From positions 189,930 through 253,929 of the forward strand of contig NMRA01000403.1 in the NCBI GenBank assembly GCA_002633005.1: a stretch of 64,000 nucleotides of DNA. The letters are read 5' to 3'. The notes under the pieces are model-generated. The model worked only from the letters and a program-made list of their open reading frames with translations. It searched no databases and was not told the origin of the DNA. The DNA comes from Phoronis australis (lineage: Eukaryota > Animalia > Phoronida). The position numbers were made by a program, and so were the translations under genes. Position 1 is the first letter of the stretch. Each line of letters begins with the position of its first letter. This document shows positions 49,192 to 64,000 of the stretch, one piece after another.

Positions 49192-52100
49192 CACCCCGGC
49201 AAACCCGCGATCGAGAACGCCCGGAAGGCGATCGAGAACGAGACCTTGCACCAAAAATGGCAGACGGTGAGTTTAAGTGTCGTTTTCTGCTTAAATAGAG
49301 GCGACTTTGGTACGAATGCTACACACAGGAAAGCGTCAGAGTGTAACCTTGTTGTGGATCTGAAATAATACATGGCTTTTGCTTATTTTTCAAAATAAAG
49401 AGCTCAGAAAGCAATGGCTTTCGGTAAAATGCCTTGCTCATCGTAAAATCGACAATTTCTACTTGTTATTAGCAACTCCAAGGTTCTTAACAAGAGACGT
49501 GTGACGTTTATAGTTCAATCGTCCCTGATGGCACCTTTGTTAGTTATGATTTGTCAAACAATTTGAGATGTACCAATACAAGCAGGTCCTTGTGTGAGAC
49601 GGCGATCGGGAACGAAGTCGTTAATTCTCTATGGATATCGTGAACGCTAAAAAGCGATCGTGAACGCACATTTTTTTTCTCCGCATTGGCCTGAATAGTC
49701 CTTCAAGTTACGGTATTATGTCAATAATTTTATAATACTACGGAGCCTGAATTAGTTGATGGGTTGATTATTATTTACATTTCATCGTTTTTTTCATGAT
49801 TTCAAAGTGAGATTTAGCCAAACAAACATGACTGCATGCGTTTTGATTTTTTCAGTTGAATTGTAGCCACACCAGATGTCCTTCAGGGTGTTAACGTCCA
49901 CGCCTTCAAAAAGAGTAGTACAACTGCTGCATGTCACAAAAAGTGTGTGTATGCTGTGGAGCCTTGTTCAGAAACTGAGAAATCGACTTAGTATGACCAC
50001 ATGACAATAAAACACAGTGACACTACTACAAGCAAGACCTTTACCAGCCCTGTGATTGACGCGTTGCATTCTCAAGAGCTGTTTCAGCAATATAGTAAAA
50101 CACAACATGAAGCATCGTGCTCAGGAACCAAGTCGACTCAGTGTCCTATTTGTGACCAATGTTTCACGGAATGAGTGAGCCTGATGCAACACTGCGTCAC
50201 AGCACGAGGGCACTCTTTTTTGTGGTGAATGTGGCATGTCATGCAAACAGTATGCCTCCTTCTACAGGCATAGCAAGCAGAAACGTCATTAATGAAATCA
50301 TTAAGTCCGGTAGTGAAGGGTGTTAAGTCATTATAGTTTATTCAGATTTACAGAGTTTATGGTTGGTAGTTGTCTGATGTTATAGTATTTTGACGTTTTG
50401 TTTTGATCCTTTTTTCCTCAAGTTTCTTTCTATATTTGTGTTATTTCAAAAGGATCTTTAACAGAACCAGTACATTTTTGTAGTGTTGAGGTTGATTTAA
50501 ATGGCCATACTAAGTGCCATTGGGCAATACTTACATACAATTGTTCTGACCAGTTAGTATTTTAAAAGAAAATATTTGTCTATGATTATTGTAGAAATTG
50601 CTTTGATATTGTTGTTGATTTCCTAGTGAGAGACTATTATACGGCTATAAATACATTGTCTAAGATTCAGTAATGATTTAGTTTAATAGATTCCAAAAGT
50701 AATTCGTGGAAATGTTCAATGGATTTGTAATGTTGATTTCCCTAAAGCAATATTTTATATATTTTTGTAAGACCAAGTTTGAGATATGTGTGATAAAACA
50801 TTAATATTATAATAGAAATGTTATAATATTGTTGTTGATTTCCTGTGTAAATCACTACAGTGTGTAGTTGAGGTGATGTTAATGACAACATGTTGACTAC
50901 ATTTTGAGAAAATCACAACATAGTACGTGTATTATAACCCTCAATTTTTTTAATGTCACATTAAGCTGGAGATCATGAACTGATGGTGCAGGTGAACTTA
51001 GGACCAAGGCAACAAAACAGAAGAGTCAAGCACAATGAACATTCAAGCCACACGGGTGCCACAAATCAATCTGTATCAATGTTATTAGTAAAACATCAAG
51101 TAAAATCCCACAGGTTTTATCAGCGCACCAGTTTCCACAACTTCTGGCCAATTTTTAGATCCCAGACGTTTATGAGTGAGAATCTTTGAATCATCTCGTT
51201 AAGTGTTGCCGGCTACACTCTCCTCCAGTCTCTCCCCATGGGCAAGTCCACCATCATTCTTTGACTTCACTGGCTATTTGTTTCTTTTTCCTTTTGCTGT
51301 CACAATTCTAGAACAAGATTCTACACTCGCTTTTATCTGCTGCTACAATTTGTTTACCCCTGTCTGACAGGCCACGTGGAACAACTGCTGGGCGAGTCTT
51401 CAGTTTAGAACCCCTTGTTCTCAGTGGTTTCGTCTAAAAGTAGATGTCTGTTTTTAAAAACCCTGGTAGGGTGTTCCTTCACGTCGTGGGTAACATGTTC
51501 GTTGAAGCTCGCCTCACAATAACAGTGAACTTGTTTCCTGCAATGAAAATAAATTATTTTGTGAAACTAAAATTATGCTTGATGTACATGTAGTGCTCAT
51601 GGCAATTTAATGGAAATGTTATGCTGTTGTTCAGTTTTGATACGAAAATAACACAGTAATGACGCAAAATGTGATTAATTCATTGCATCACACTTATTTT
51701 GTAACCTTGTTCACGTTTTAAAGTTCATCACTATTCGACACACCACGGTGCGTTCCCGATCGCATAAACCAACACGAATTAGCGTTCCCGGTCACTTATC
51801 GTTGCGTTCTCGAAAGCATCTTTCCACAGAAAAGCGTCGAAAAATCAGAGATCCTGACAAAACTACAAAAAACAAGCACTGCGTTGAATATTCACACGTC
51901 ATTTCTTCATAACTCCATGGTCAGTTGATTGATAAAAATAACGGTAATTTGCCAAAATGACATACAAATCAAATTCGGCTTATGCATTGCTTCGGCCAAC
52001 GTAACTTTTCTCCTATAATTGGAACAGACTTTAGCCTAAACCTCTACCTGCCCTTCCTCAATGTGTTACGCTTTGAACTCATGTCTCTGTTTTCACATTG

Positions 52101-52217
52101 GAAGTGAAAACAACGAAAATTCATCAAATTTACTGACCTTGCCTGGCTTCGCTTCTTGCGCCAAATTTCGTTCTCGATCGCCTTCCGGTCGTTCTCGATC
52201 GCAAGTTGGCCGGGGTG
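49192..52217. mobile_element. Non-autonomous TIR DNA transposon, CAC...GTG termini, 5-bp TSD TTCCA (Transib/RAG-like signature)
   Basis: About 60-bp imperfect TIRs CACCCCGGC..AC..GCGATCGAGAACG.CCGGAAGGCGATCGAGAACGA; TTCCA at 49187-49191 and 52218-52222; decayed C2H2 fingers at about 50136-50292. Confidence 0.8.
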
Positions 52218-52473
52218 TTCCATGCACATTCGAGTATTGTTGTTTTCGTTCCTCAGTTGCATTACACTCAATGTGTGAACATCATGTTTGCAATAAAACG
52301 CACAGTGGGCAGTTACATATACATGCACAGGTACAGCTTAAATGACATTCCCGCTTGCTACGTGATCTCGTCGGTGGTAACTGTGGGTCAAGAATTCGCT
52401 AAATACAGTATATGAGCAAGTTGTATCTTATGTGTGTGTGTCTATACAGTGTATGAGCAAATTGTATCTTATT

Positions 52474-52494
52474 TGTGTGTGTGTGTGTGTGTGT
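52474..52494 (+). repeat. (TG)n microsatellite within a short tandem duplication
   Basis: About 10 TG units; ATGAGCAA.TTGTATCTTAT occurs twice nearby. Confidence 0.85.
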
Positions 52495-53217
52495 CTAAAA
52501 CGGAATCATATCAAAAACTCCATCAAAGGTCGTAAGTAGATCTTTATTTACGTGTACTTGTCATCAATTTTGATAGTAGATCGTACCGTACGTTTTCTTT
52601 ACGCACAAAGTGAGCGGGGGAAGTGAGTATTATTTTCTTTTATCTAAAACTGACGAATTCTCCCCCAACTCCTCGGCAGCGCATGCCTCTGTCGCAGCAG
52701 TAGCTGGTTTTTCCAATCCTCCATGTTGATTTCATGCAGAGCATTCTAGACTAGCGCGGTTTTCAATCGCAGAATAGCAATAGATAGTTAGCGTTCAGCG
52801 GTACACAGCATCACACAGTTACACTGTTGCACAAACTGCCTCCATTATAAGAGTACCTATGGAAGGCTTTGCTAATGCAACAATTGACTTTCTCCAAACG
52901 GGAAAAAACTTGCATGCACGCATGCAATAAGAACAGCCTGGGGTGTTTCTGTAGCCATCAGATTTGTTTAAAGGCTACGCAATTACCCGAGGTGCTCCGG
53001 ACGACGTGCACTTTATAAGTCGTGCTAACGCGTAACATTGTAAAAGACGAGCAAAGTTTCGGTCGTAATAACGCTGGTAATTAGGGGCGACACTTACCTC
53101 CCAACAGATCACGCTAGTAAACGAGGTTAAACAGGAAGTAAATTTGCCGGGAATGAATAATATATCCTGCGTCTTTAGTTGTAATAATGCAGGTGACTGT
53201 TTGTTTTTCTTTCCAGT

Positions 53218-62338
<9,121 letters not shown>

Positions 62339-63379
62339 GTGGAGCTACAGGGCACGACACACAGTGACTCAGGTGGCCGGGAAATTAAGATGGACGTCGT
62401 TGACACCGACCTAAAAAGCGTTAGCCCTCCTAAAGGCGACGCGGTTTACCCTCCCTGTGACCGTACAGATCCACGTTAGGACCTCCCTGAGTTCTAGCCA
62501 AGATCATGTGTTATTCATTTAAGATACGCCGCAATATCACGCAACGCACTGCGTTTTAGGGAGTTGCTAGCGTTACTGAACTTTACCTAGGCTTATGCCT
62601 CGATCACATAACACTTCCGCGAGATGTCGAACTTATAAGTTTTCGACAGAAGGATCGGTCGACAGTCGAGCGATTATTGGGTGATTTTCTAAGGCGACAG
62701 CAGACCGCAATAAATTATTGCTTCCTCTCAAAAGTCGCTCGATCGTATAGGGATAAAGGATCGGCCCAGGCATCAGTCATAGTGTTGTGGACAAGAGTAC
62801 AAACATTAAAACCAGCGCATGTAAATAACGAAATATTGATCGACGTTTCGGTTTATCGTTTCTGAACCATTCTCAAGACAGAAGACAAAAGTTCCCAACA
62901 TTCCAGTCAAGTGACACAGGTGGATATGTGACCAAGGTATTTCATGCGAGGCTTAAGCGATCTTTTTACTGTCGCCTGTCGCCTTCACCTTGCAGCTGTA
63001 ACCTACATACAAATGTACTAACCATTCATTCAAACCCATCAGTTATTAACAGGTACTGTGTTTGTAATTTAATGGACAATTCCAGTGAGTACCACCGATT
63101 TCCCGCTGTAGAAAAGGTGTTGTTAGTGACGCAAACAGATGTAATCGTTGTTAATACATGTATCTGCTAATCATCTTAACACTGTACAGAACTCATCTGT
63201 GTGTATCATGGGGGCCCGATCAGAGATGCACAGTGCATACCGTTACTGAATGGTGTCTTTTTGTAACTGAATTGCCTACGTCAAGACTGAGAGTAGCAAT
63301 TAAGCTCAGGCGAGAATTGAAGGGGACATATTTACATGTATGTATAAGCACAGCTCCAGAAATCGCTTTCGCATGATAT

Positions 63380-63540
63380 CCAGGTTCTCATGCATCCATT
63401 CCCGTGCATACACTGAGCTCGGAGGAGAAGGAGTTACCTTTGTACAACGCTCGATTGTCTCCTAATAAAGCCAGAATTCGAAATCGGGTATCCCAAACTG
63501 GACTCCAGAGCTCAAACCAATGAGGCACACCGTCTCTATA
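63380..63540 (-). mobile_element. Possible tRNA-derived SINE head, degenerate
   Basis: Minus strand has A-box-like TGCCTCATTGG and B-box-like TTCGAATTC at tRNA-like spacing. Confidence 0.3.
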
Positions 63541-64000
63541 TCGAGCCCGACTGTAAACCCCTTATTGCACGAACACGACCGAAAAAAAAGAAAACGCCAC
63601 CGCATTCTGACTTTAGGATCTACACAGGCGTATTACTTCAAAAGCTACTGGTGCAACCCCCTTACGACGTCCAATATCCGCTTGTCAGTTTACGCATAGT
63701 TATCTACATGTACATGTACATGTTTGTGCCTGTAGCTAGGTCCAATGGATCATCCATAAGCGTATTTATGGGAAGGCGTGCCGTGACGTCAGTTCGATTT
63801 TTGTGAAGATAACCCTACGGCAGGATGCCAAAGGTTAACGTTATGGCATTGTATAAATTCATGATCTTGTATATTAACCGCTTCTGGCAAGTATACCATC
63901 AGTAGAGGAAACGAGTCTCGTTTTCATTTGAGGCATTGCGGCAAAAACATTCATTGCATCGTGTTGGTTAAGCAATACATCACCTGTGGATGCTGGAGAC

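Overview
AT-rich, intron-containing animal (invertebrate, probably lophotrochozoan-type) genomic DNA from a draft scaffold. It has three N gaps (8217-8618, 12721-12975, 44205-44785) and single-n joins (250, 2759, 22233, 22764, 30783, 46324) next to duplicated sequence. Contents: (1) a decayed Ty3/Gypsy LTR retrotransposon (2760-9675) plus a partial second copy, whose Gag begins with a transmembrane-like segment; (2) a multi-exon + strand gene, largely missed by the ORF track, spanning at least 16115-45219 and encoding about 7 ankyrin repeats (one per phase-0 exon) fused to a FAM111-like trypsin-fold protease (TNYHV ... GSSGSP), with a recently duplicated ankyrin exon pair that differs only at amino-acid-changing codons on the predicted binding face; (3) a secreted kringle-kringle-trypsin gene (53218-62338); (4) many TE relics: Sola3-like, Academ-like, Kolobok-like, CR1- and L1/Tx1-like, MITEs, and a 3 kb CAC...GTG element with a 5-bp TSD. 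The best candidate for an undescribed system is the ankyrin-FAM111-like protease, a possible diversifying sensor-protease of innate immunity. All family calls come from motif recognition by eye; no database search was run.
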